Assembly: GCA_016839515.1 (NCBI GenBank)
Contig: JAEOUE010000280.1
Location: 1-10,584, forward strand
Origin: Candidatus Hodarchaeum mangrovi
Lineage (GTDB): Archaea > Asgardarchaeota > Heimdallarchaeia > Hodarchaeales > Hodarchaeaceae
Length of the DNA stretch: 10,584 bases
Reading direction: 5' to 3'
This document shows, piece after piece, positions 1 through 7,746 of the stretch (positions are counted from its first letter, which is position 1; every line of letters begins with the position of its first letter). The position numbers and the translations under genes were made by a program. Under the pieces are notes generated by a model. It was not told where the DNA came from and searched no databases. It saw only the letters and a program-made list of their open reading frames with translations.

Positions 1-111
1 TAAAACTGTTATTGGTACTCTATATCTATTGATTGATTTCGCTTGTAAAGAATAAATAATTACTTAAATGCAATGATTATTTTATGGCTAGGAATTATTT
101 AGTGACAGGGA

Positions 112-537
112 ATGAACACAAAAATGATTTCCAGTGAAATAGTACTCAATATTGGGTTCAAACTAGGAGAAATAGTGAGAGAAGTTGAATTAGTTATTGA
201 AACCGCTCCTAAAAGATCTAGAGAACGAATTCATATAGAATTATTCCGTGTCTATGAAGGTCTACGATATGTTTTAGATGAACTAAAAGTATTAAATTGT
301 TCTAGTGAAGTTCAATTTGAGATTGAATCATATTTAGATCAATTGAGTGGCAGAAAATTATCAAAAGAGAGTATAAATGATGAAAAACGTTTATTAACTA
401 AGGTTAAGGAAAAATTAAGAGAAAGGAGTTTTAGTAGTAAATTAAAAATTGAGGAAGTAAAAGAATTACAATTAAAATTAAAAATTTGGCGAGATAGAAT
501 TTCTGGAGATCTTGGTAGGTTAGGTGGGAAAAATTAA
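112..537 (+). CDS. Hypothetical protein, 141 aa, charged and probably all-helical
   Basis: ATG-TAA ORF with GTGA (102-105) just upstream and a TATA-like CTTAAAT at 63-69; E/K/L-rich amphipathic pattern; no family motif recognised. Confidence 0.75.
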   Translation: MNTKMISSEIVLNIGFKLGEIVREVELVIETAPKRSRERIHIELFRVYEGLRYVLDELKVLNCSSEVQFEIESYLDQLSGRKLSKESINDEKRLLTKVKEKLRERSFSSKLKIEEVKELQLKLKIWRDRISGDLGRLGGKN

Positions 538-659
538 ACAGTCTTCTTGACAAAAACATCCTTATTATGTGATACTATATTCCTGAACGGGAATTTCAAT
601 AGATTAACCTATTACCTGAATAGAAATCTTGATTTTTAAAATCTAAATTTTCTTTAATT

Positions 660-1556
660 ATGGAAATTCGATCTTTTAAGTATAATAAAGAAGAAGATTT
701 TTCATCAATTATGACCTTCCTAAATGATTTATTCATTCGTACGAGATCTTATGAAAATTGGTTCCCAGATAGATTTGAAAATAGCAGTGATTCACGTGAA
801 GATGGCATTATGGTCTGGAAAGAAATAGAGAACTCACAACCTAAAATTGTGGCTTTAACAACTCGTGATTCTCCACAAGATTTCTTTCTTCAGGTTGATC
901 CAAATTATCAGTTTCTTGAGCAAGAAATGATTGAGTGGATTGAAAAATATTTCATTGAAAGAAAGAAGATTCATAATAAAAATGAAATAATTAAAATAAA
1001 TATTTTGGAAGGAAATTTACAAAGAGAAAAACTTTTGAGGGATTTAGGATATAAATACAAACAAATTTATGGTTATTATCGAATTAGAAAAGGGAATGCA
1101 CCAATTCCCAATTTTCAATGTCCTGAATCCTTCAAAATTCGACCTGTTAAAAGAACTGAATTTAACCAACTTGCACAGCTAATAAGACGTGTTTTTGGTC
1201 ATGGTGAATGGTTTACTGCTGAAGTACTTGATGGAATAACTAAGGCATCTTTTTACAGACCAGAATTAGATCTAGTAGCTGTGAACGAGTCGGACATTAT
1301 AGGATCATTCTGTACTTTTAGGGTAAATTCAGGAAGCAAAATCATAAGCCTTGAGCCCATGGGCACCAATCCTGATTTTAGACGAATTGGATTAGCAAAA
1401 GCGCTTCTTGTAGAGGGATTTAAGCGCTGTAAAAAATATAATCCTCCTTTTATTTATATTGATGGTGCCGCAAATACCCCTGCAGCGAATCAACTATATG
1501 AGATAACAGGTTTTAATGAAAAAATGACAATTAACTCATGGATCAAAGAAATTTGA
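660..1556 (+). CDS. GNAT family N-acetyltransferase (298 aa, probably two GNAT folds)
   Basis: C-terminal acetyl-CoA motif A 'EPMGTNPDFRRIGLAKALL' and motif B 'NTPAANQLYEITGF'; degenerate N-terminal equivalent 'REKLLRDLGY'. Confidence 0.9.
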   Translation: MEIRSFKYNKEEDFSSIMTFLNDLFIRTRSYENWFPDRFENSSDSREDGIMVWKEIENSQPKIVALTTRDSPQDFFLQVDPNYQFLEQEMIEWIEKYFIERKKIHNKNEIIKINILEGNLQREKLLRDLGYKYKQIYGYYRIRKGNAPIPNFQCPESFKIRPVKRTEFNQLAQLIRRVFGHGEWFTAEVLDGITKASFYRPELDLVAVNESDIIGSFCTFRVNSGSKIISLEPMGTNPDFRRIGLAKALLVEGFKRCKKYNPPFIYIDGAANTPAANQLYEITGFNEKMTINSWIKEI

Positions 1557-1562
1557 TAAAAA

Positions 1563-2066
1563 TTATCTATCAATTATTACAACAGTACCAGCCATGTGGT
1601 CTCCAATTCTACGACCATCATCATCAGTTAAAGCTACAAGATAACATGTGATGGCATCTAACCAACAACAAATCCAGTTTCTAATAAAAGATTGGCCTAT
1701 AGTTGCTGGTATTCCTGAATGAAAATCAATAACTCTTAATCTATATAGGCTCTTACCAATAGATTGTCCGTCCCGAATACTATCTTTAATCAATTGATAA
1801 AGCCATCCTAGACAAAAAAACGAGTTTAATAATCATGTAATACAACAATCGATAAAAAAAGTAAAAAATCTTTCTCCGATTGGAGCTTTCATTGAAGTAT
1901 GATAAGGATGTGGTTGATAAATTGGATATTGGGGGACATAATAAATGGGTATGGACTCTGCAGAGGGAATAACTCCTTTCGTTCTATCAGGTAATTATTT
2001 ACCACAGGCTAGTCAATAAAAAGCATCCAACTCAATCTTTTCAACACAAAAAGGACAATATTTCAA
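1563..2066 (-). pseudogene. Zinc-ribbon + RDD-family membrane protein gene interrupted by three in-frame stop codons
   Basis: Manual translation from TTG 2066 (GAGGA upstream) in the frame of ORF 1563..1793: MKYCPFCVEKIELDAFY*LACGK*LPDRTKGVIPSAESIPIYYVPQYPIYQPHPYHTSMKAPIGERFFTFFIDCCIT*LLNSFFCLGWLYQLIKDSIRDGQSIGKSLYRLRVID...RN...RRIGDHMAGTVVIIDR. RDD motifs R-x5-ID, GQSIGK, RN and RRIGDxxAGTxV are present. Stops: TGA 2015-2013, TAA 1997-1995, TGA 1835-1833. No frameshift. Confidence 0.85.
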
Positions 2067-2175
2067 GTTTATCCAAATCCTCAAAAATTTTAGATGTAAT
2101 TCCTTTTAGGCTTAAAAAGTGAATTTAAAGATTTAGATTGTATAACTTCAAAAATTCTTAGTGTACGAATATATT

Positions 2176-3135
2176 CTATTTTTTCCATACTTTGGAGATA
2201 ACTCGTTGAAAATTACCACCCATAATGCTTCTAATATCTTTTTGACTATAATTACCTTCAGAAAGCAGTTTAGGTATCAATTTTAACTTACTAACATCTT
2301 CTAATCCTAAAGGAACCTTGATGATTCCATCAAAGTCCGAACCTAACCCTACATAATTGGATCCAATTTTATTTGTAATATAATCGATATGATTGATCAC
2401 ATCCTTAATACTAGCATTTTCAGGTTTATTATTCAAAAAACCAGGATTAAAATTAATCCCAATAACTCCTTCTACGCTTTGAATTGCTTCTAATTGATCA
2501 TCCATTAGATTTCTCATTGAAGAACAGAGGGAAAAACTATTCGAATGAGAGGCAATAAATGGATTATTAGTAATATTTACTACATCAAAAAATCCTTTTT
2601 TATTAAGATGAGATACATCAATAATGATACCTAAGTTATCTAGTTCTTCAATCAATAATTTTCCCTCATCGCTGACACCATTAGTCTCATAAGGAACACC
2701 TTGGGCATAATTATTCTTTCGTGACCAAGCTAGACCAATAGACCGTACACCAAGTTCATAAAATAATTGCAGAAGTTCAATATTATTTTCTAGTATAATT
2801 GCTCCTTCAATACTTAGCATAATACCTAAATCATCGTTATTTTGTAGTTCTTGAATATCTTTTTTATTTTTTATTAGTTGAAACCCTTCTAAATCTCTCA
2901 TTTTATAAGCCAAGGCAATCATTTTCATAGTTATTTCAACACTAAGATTTACGACTTCAGTTGGCACAAATAAAGCTAAAACTTGTAAATCCAAATCCCC
3001 TTCTTGCATTTTTTCTTTAGAAAAATGAAAAAATGGAAATTTTCCACTAATAAATTGAGTAGTTTGTGAAAAGAGCTTTTTATACAATGTATCAGCATGA
3101 AAATCAATTTTCAGAGATTTCATCATAATCATCAT
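2176..3135 (-). CDS. Membrane (renal-type) dipeptidase, peptidase family M19, Zn-dependent
   Basis: Motifs IDFHADT (HxD), LSIEG, IIDVSHL, PFIASHSN, RNLMDDQL, GVIGINF, YVGLGSDFDG. Exact start is ambiguous (ATG ATG ATT ATG ATG). No signal peptide evident. Confidence 0.93.
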   Translation of the reverse strand: MMIMMKSLKIDFHADTLYKKLFSQTTQFISGKFPFFHFSKEKMQEGDLDLQVLALFVPTEVVNLSVEITMKMIALAYKMRDLEGFQLIKNKKDIQELQNNDDLGIMLSIEGAIILENNIELLQLFYELGVRSIGLAWSRKNNYAQGVPYETNGVSDEGKLLIEELDNLGIIIDVSHLNKKGFFDVVNITNNPFIASHSNSFSLCSSMRNLMDDQLEAIQSVEGVIGINFNPGFLNNKPENASIKDVINHIDYITNKIGSNYVGLGSDFDGIIKVPLGLEDVSKLKLIPKLLSEGNYSQKDIRSIMGGNFQRVISKVWKK

Positions 3136-3207
3136 TTAAGTTATTTTAGAAATTTTTAGAGAATGACTAATTCATAAGCTATTTTACAGGTAATTATTTC
3201 TTACATA

Positions 3208-3735
3208 TTGTTTAGTATTTATTCTTTTGGAGGTTTTAAAATAGCAAAAGCTTTTACTGAAAGTCTTCTAGGGCAATTTACAAAAAGTTGGAACTTATTC
3301 CAACAGACAATCGATAAAGTTGATGAATCTAATTGGTTTCAACTGTATTATCAAAATTCTGAAAATTATTGGTGTTATGCTTTAACTCTCTATCATATCT
3401 TGGAGACATCAGAATTCTATATTAGAAGTAATCCTGAAGGTATGGAATGGGGGAAACGTGGAAATATCCAGTGGGATAAATCAAATAATCTTAAAAATGC
3501 GGTTAAAACAATAACCATGAATTTGATCATTGAATACCAAACGGAAGTTCAACAATCTATCTCTTCATTCCTTAAGAATATAACAGATTCTCAAATATTA
3601 GAACAAGATGATTTTACATGGTTTCCATCGATTTTTGATAAGTTACTATACTTATTACGACACAATTTGATGCATCTTGGAGAAATTAATAAATATCTTC
3701 GCGATCTAAATCTCCCGCGTCTCTCATGGGAGTAG
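3208..3735 (+). CDS. DinB/YfiT-like superfamily protein (putative metal-dependent thiol S-transferase/hydrolase)
   Basis: His triad pattern 'LYHILETSEFY' ... 'YLLRHNLMHLGEI', helical, about 170 aa. Start may be ATA 3241 after GGAGGT (3229-3234) rather than TTG 3208. Confidence 0.85.
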   Translation: MFSIYSFGGFKIAKAFTESLLGQFTKSWNLFQQTIDKVDESNWFQLYYQNSENYWCYALTLYHILETSEFYIRSNPEGMEWGKRGNIQWDKSNNLKNAVKTITMNLIIEYQTEVQQSISSFLKNITDSQILEQDDFTWFPSIFDKLLYLLRHNLMHLGEINKYLRDLNLPRLSWE

Positions 3736-3758
3736 TTATTAACAAAGAGGGTTTTATA

Positions 3759-4478
3759 TTGTCTTATAGAACTCCAGGGAAAATTTATTCTTATCTTCTT
3801 TACACTCCAATAGTGGGATGTTCTTTATTCATCATTCTTACCTCCATTGCAATGTTATTTTATCCAGGAGGTACAAAAGTTGACTCATCGACAAGGGGGT
3901 ATAATTTATTTATGAATTTCTTTAGTGATTTAGGTAGAACAGTCTCTCATTCGGGTTCAGATAATACAATTTCTTTTGTCTTATTTGTGATAGCTCTAAC
4001 GCTATCTGGTTTCTCATTTCTGGTATTTTTTAATTTTTTACCTAATTTTTTACCGCAAACTTCCTTGAGTGAATTCTATGGAAATAAAATTCGGATATCA
4101 GGAATAATAGCTGGTTTAGCAATTATCGCCATTGCTTTTACTCCTGCCAATCTTATTCAATTATTTCATGATTTAATGGTATTAATCGCATTTACATCCA
4201 TTCTATTAACATCAATAGGTCTAATGTGGATAATATTTAATTCAAAGGAGTTTCATCTGATTTATACAATCATATTTCTCATTTTAATGGTGTTAATCCT
4301 CATATATGGAGTTATTGGGTTATTATTTTTTCAAGTTAATACTAGTGAAGGATTATTTCTTAGAGTCACGGCTCAAAAATTGGTTGTTTATTTTCTCAAT
4401 ATCTGTTATATTATACAAAGTATTGGATTTATCAAATATCAAAAAATAAGAAGGTTTTTGTTTGAATCGAAATCATAA
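3759..4478 (+). CDS. Multi-pass membrane protein (about 6 TM), DUF998/Frag1-DRAM-Sfk1-like
   Basis: About six hydrophobic segments; 'YPGG...YNLFMNFFSDLG' loop after TM1 and 'FH' before TM4 are typical of DUF998-like proteins. In-frame TTG 3759 follows GAGGG (3747-3751); the ORF-track start is ATG 3726. Confidence 0.75.
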   Translation: MSYRTPGKIYSYLLYTPIVGCSLFIILTSIAMLFYPGGTKVDSSTRGYNLFMNFFSDLGRTVSHSGSDNTISFVLFVIALTLSGFSFLVFFNFLPNFLPQTSLSEFYGNKIRISGIIAGLAIIAIAFTPANLIQLFHDLMVLIAFTSILLTSIGLMWIIFNSKEFHLIYTIIFLILMVLILIYGVIGLLFFQVNTSEGLFLRVTAQKLVVYFLNICYIIQSIGFIKYQKIRRFLFESKS

Positions 4479-4890
4479 TGCAAAAAAGCTATTTGAGAAC
4501 GGATTTAATTGTACTCAATCAGTATTTTCATCGTTCCTTCCCCCTGAATTAGAAACCATGGGATATCGTATAGGAGAAATCTTTGGAGGGGGAATTAATC
4601 ACTTAGGTAATGTTTGTGGGGCTATTACAGGTGCTTTAATGGTAATTGGATATTATCACGGACGTAAAACTGCTAAAGATGATAAAAATAAACAGCTAGC
4701 TGGGTCATTAGCAGAGCAATTTTTAGAACAGTTTAGAGAATTACATGGAGATATATTTTGTCGAACATTACTAGGATATGATATTTCAACTCCAGAAAAA
4801 CTTAATAAAGCTCGGAAAGAAGATGCTTTTCAACATTGTTCAAGTTATGTTACAAGTGCTGTTGAAATATTAGAAGATTTGCTGAAATAG
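4462..4890 (+). CDS. C_GCAxxG_C_C family putative redox-active protein
   Basis: 'FENGFNCTQSV', 'GGG...VCGAITG', 'FCRTLLG', 'QHC' give the four conserved Cys. TTG start overlaps the upstream gene by 17 nt. Confidence 0.92.
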   Translation: MNRNHNAKKLFENGFNCTQSVFSSFLPPELETMGYRIGEIFGGGINHLGNVCGAITGALMVIGYYHGRKTAKDDKNKQLAGSLAEQFLEQFRELHGDIFCRTLLGYDISTPEKLNKARKEDAFQHCSSYVTSAVEILEDLLK

Positions 4891-4911
4891 GAAACATAGG
4901 ATAATTATGTC

Positions 4912-4938
4912 AAAATTTTGATCAATTGACAAAATTTT
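4912..4938. repeat. 27-bp near-perfect palindrome (operator or terminator candidate)
   Basis: AAAATTTTG-a-TCAATTGA-CAAAATTTT is a perfect 26-bp palindrome once the single A at 4921 is removed; it begins 22 nt after the stop at 4890. Confidence 0.55.
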
Positions 4939-5150
4939 AAAACCAAATTTCGATTTAATTACCTGAGAGAATCTTTGAGAACTGATGGAATTCCCATCTT
5001 TGACTTCATTTTTATAAATTTAGAATTATCTAAATTGATTTGTAATAACTACTTCTAAATGCTTTAAAATTAAGAATAATCAGTTTTTCTGATGTAAGAA
5101 GGAATTTGATTAAACTAAAAAAATCTGAATGAAAAGGAATTAAGTTTTTT

Positions 5151-5906
5151 ATGATAGCAGTGCAAAAAATTGGGAAATATAAAGTTCTAGAAATAGTAAA
5201 CACCAATCCAATTTTGAACATGAGGTTTTATTCAATGATATTTGACCCTGATGAGTCTACAAATATCATCCCCCTTTACTTTAGATATAAAACTGCCATT
5301 ATGATTGTATCATGGGGAATTGGGATCTTTACTCGTTGTCTTGAAGATGTTATCCCCCTAATACCACACATCCCAAAAAATCGAAATTATTTTCTCAATG
5401 GAATTGAAGAACGAATTCTACCTCTTCTCCAAGATACTTTTAATAATATCATCGTCAATGATTTATGCCATCCTTGGACGTTTGAAGGAACTTTTATCAA
5501 AAACGAATTTTTGGAGTCATTAACAGTTAATGATACAGAATTTATTAATAGCATGTGGTCATATCGCGATGAAAATTCAATTCAGTTTATAAGAAAGTGT
5601 ATTGAATCATTACCTTCCTCTGTTATACGAGAAAATCAAAAACCTATAGCCTGGTCATTCTCCTATGATCAGTCCCCTTTCCATATTAACATGGGAAATC
5701 TGTTTGTTCAACCAGAATATCGACGTAAGGGATTAGGGCGACGAATAACTATAGACTTAGTCAACAAAGTTAATAAAATAAATAGGAAGCCTCTTGTTCA
5801 TGTTAACATCAATAATAAAGCTTCAATAAAGTTACTTACACAATTAAATTTTATAAAACATCCAGAAAAAATCATCTTTGGAGATATCATTAATATAGAG
5901 GATTAG
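5151..5906 (+). CDS. GNAT family acetyltransferase (FR47/glycine N-acyltransferase-like C-terminal domain)
   Basis: 'MGNLFVQPEYRRKGLG' (motif A), 'PLVHVNINNKASIKLLTQLNF' (motif B); 'INSMWSY...IESLPS' resembles the GLYAT/FR47-type subfamily. Confidence 0.9.
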   Translation: MIAVQKIGKYKVLEIVNTNPILNMRFYSMIFDPDESTNIIPLYFRYKTAIMIVSWGIGIFTRCLEDVIPLIPHIPKNRNYFLNGIEERILPLLQDTFNNIIVNDLCHPWTFEGTFIKNEFLESLTVNDTEFINSMWSYRDENSIQFIRKCIESLPSSVIRENQKPIAWSFSYDQSPFHINMGNLFVQPEYRRKGLGRRITIDLVNKVNKINRKPLVHVNINNKASIKLLTQLNFIKHPEKIIFGDIINIED

Positions 5907-5912
5907 CTTATT

Positions 5913-5926
5913 CAAAAGTTTTAAGT
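5913..5926 (+). promoter_or_regulatory. Candidate archaeal BRE/TATA promoter of the metallophosphoesterase gene
   Basis: Purine-rich CAAAAG followed by TTTTAAGT about 46-59 nt upstream of ATG 5972; GAGGT ribosome-binding motif at 5959-5963. AT-rich background lowers specificity. Confidence 0.4.
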
Positions 5927-5971
5927 TAATTTCTTTATCATCAATTTACTTATAATTTGAGGTTTTATTAA

Positions 5972-6493
5972 ATGGTAAAGATCGGTATTATTTCAGATAC
6001 ACATGACAATCAATTTGCCTTAAGAAATGCTGTAAAAATATTCTTTGAAGAATCAGTTGAGTATATTTTCCATTGTGGTGACTTTATTGCCCCATTTTCT
6101 TTAAGACCACTTTTTGAAACTAATCTTCCGTTAAGATTGGTCTTTGGTAATAATGATGGTGAACATATACGAACTATTGAGATGGTTAATGAATATGGTA
6201 ATGGTATTCTTGAGGAAATTTTGTTATTAGAGGAAATTTCTGGAAAAAAAATTGCTATGACACATGGTCATCATAAGACTGTTTTAAAATCGATCCTTGA
6301 ATCTAGTATCTATGATCTAATACTTTCTGGACATGATCATTTGAAAAAAAGTGAAATTCAACCAAATGGATCTCTCCATGTTAATCCAGGAGAAGCTGGT
6401 GGATGGATAAAAAGAGATGCAACAGTTGCAATAATTAATTTAACTAATATGGATGTTAAATTTCTTAAAATTGATTTTGAAAAAGAAATTTAG
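5972..6493 (+). CDS. Metallophosphoesterase, YfcE/MJ0936/Vps29-like family
   Basis: Calcineurin-like motifs SDTHDN, HCGDF, GNNDG, THGH, SGHDH, NPG; 173 aa. Confidence 0.93.
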   Translation: MVKIGIISDTHDNQFALRNAVKIFFEESVEYIFHCGDFIAPFSLRPLFETNLPLRLVFGNNDGEHIRTIEMVNEYGNGILEEILLLEEISGKKIAMTHGHHKTVLKSILESSIYDLILSGHDHLKKSEIQPNGSLHVNPGEAGGWIKRDATVAIINLTNMDVKFLKIDFEKEI

Positions 6494-6498
6494 AATAT

Positions 6499-7461
6499 TC
6501 ATCTAAACAATGGATCTAAAATAGAATTAGCTGCAGAATAGGGATCAGATTTTTTTTGAATTACTTCTAATAATATTTTTTCCCATTTTTGTCTATTCAT
6601 AAGGCTAGATAACATATTTTCAAATATCTCAACCTTAATTATCTCTAGAATTTCGTGTTTTCTTCGTTTCATTTCCTGTTCAAGAGCATAATCCGTATTT
6701 TTTGGATCTAACAAATAGCTCTGATATTTAAATATCATGTCTGCAAGAGGTTCTATTCCAATATTTTTAACACTAGAAGTAGAAATAACGGGAATTTTCC
6801 AACGATTGGGATCTTTTGATTTAGGATCTAAGCTTAATAATAATTGAAGCTCATTAACAATTTCTGTTGCCCCTGGACGGTCTGATTTGTTTACAACATA
6901 AATATCTGCAATTTCTAAGATACCAGCTTTAATTGCCTGAACCGCATCACCTGTTCCAGGTATTCCAATTACAATGGAACAATTTGCTACACGAACAATA
7001 TCAACTTCACTCTGTCCTGCTCCAACAGTTTCAACAAGTATAAGATCAAAGCCTGAAGCGTCTAAAACACGGATAGCGTCCATTGTGGCTCTTGACAACC
7101 CTCCCAAGCTTCCTCGTGATCCCATAGAACGAATAAATACATTTGGATCGGAAGTTAATTCATCCATTCTAATTCTATCCCCTAATAAAGCTCCTCCACT
7201 GAAGGGACTAGTGGGATCAACTGCAACTATTCCTATCGTCTTTCCTCTCTTACGAAATTCCTTGGAAAGACTATTTACTAAGGTAGACTTTCCTGATCCA
7301 GGAGGACCTGTAACACCAATTATAAATGCGTTTCCTGTAAATGAAAAAATCGATTTTATAAATTCAGGACATTTTTCGGGATTATTTTCAATTAATGTTA
7401 TTGCTCGGGCAATAGCTCGTTTGTTCCCTTCTAGAACCTCACGAACCAATTCTTCCATCAT
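6499..7461 (-). CDS. meaB: Methylmalonyl-CoA mutase-associated GTPase MeaB (ArgK/MMAA family)
   Basis: ARAITLIEN, Walker A GPPGSGKST, VDPTSPFSGGALLGDRIRM, ETVGAGQSE, GDAVQAIKAGILEIAD, NKSD; GGTGA immediately upstream of the tandem ATGs. Confidence 0.96.
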   Translation of the reverse strand: MMEELVREVLEGNKRAIARAITLIENNPEKCPEFIKSIFSFTGNAFIIGVTGPPGSGKSTLVNSLSKEFRKRGKTIGIVAVDPTSPFSGGALLGDRIRMDELTSDPNVFIRSMGSRGSLGGLSRATMDAIRVLDASGFDLILVETVGAGQSEVDIVRVANCSIVIGIPGTGDAVQAIKAGILEIADIYVVNKSDRPGATEIVNELQLLLSLDPKSKDPNRWKIPVISTSSVKNIGIEPLADMIFKYQSYLLDPKNTDYALEQEMKRRKHEILEIIKVEIFENMLSSLMNRQKWEKILLEVIQKKSDPYSAANSILDPLFR

Positions 7462-7536
7462 TTCACCAATCGTCTAATGCCAAAGAGAAGGAAAGCTTGA
7501 AAGAATTTGTTGTTCCTTAACCTATCTGCATCTTAA

Positions 7537-7746
7537 TTAAAATATTCGATCTACTATGGCAATCAGAATCAATAGAGCTCCAGTAAATACAAATCCGAGA
7601 AAAATTGCCCATCCAGTTGTAATTAACCCATTTCCTGTATTATCTGTTAGAGCATTAAATGCTGCAAATCCTGCAACGCTCCATATGATTATTAATCCAC
7701 CTATTAAAAAGTATTCTTTCCACGTTAATTTATGTAAGAAACCCAT
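7537..7746 (-). CDS. Small hypothetical membrane protein (69 aa, 2 TM helices)
   Basis: ATG-TAA ORF preceded by GGAG on the minus strand; two hydrophobic Gly/Ala/Phe-rich segments joined by 'TDNTGNG'; co-oriented with surE and meaB. Confidence 0.75.
   Translation of the reverse strand: MGFLHKLTWKEYFLIGGLIIIWSVAGFAAFNALTDNTGNGLITTGWAIFLGFVFTGALLILIAIVDRIF

Noticed and set aside
2-55. Short open frame KTVIGTLYLLIDFACKE* at the window edge
   Set aside because: May be the 3' end of an upstream gene, but 17 codons give no support.
1563-1793. 76-aa ORF as a stand-alone gene
   Set aside because: It is only the C-terminal part of the interrupted RDD gene and lacks the first RDD motif.
5030-5221. 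63-aa minus-strand ORF
   Set aside because: Overlaps the start of the GNAT gene antisense, runs through AT-rich intergenic DNA and has no motif.
5221-5237. Internal TGAGGTTTTATTCAATG, 16/17 identical to the start context of ATG 5972, in frame in GNAT 2
   Set aside because: Could be an alternative start, but the upstream 28 codons look like a normal protein N-terminus; undecidable without orthologs.
6491-6501. Very tight convergent gene ends (5 nt here; 6 nt at 1557-1562)
   Set aside because: Common in compact archaeal genomes; no further evidence of antisense regulation.
6974-7477. 167-aa plus-strand ORF
   Set aside because: Antisense shadow of the highly conserved meaB; S/P/T/I-rich composition is typical of such shadows.
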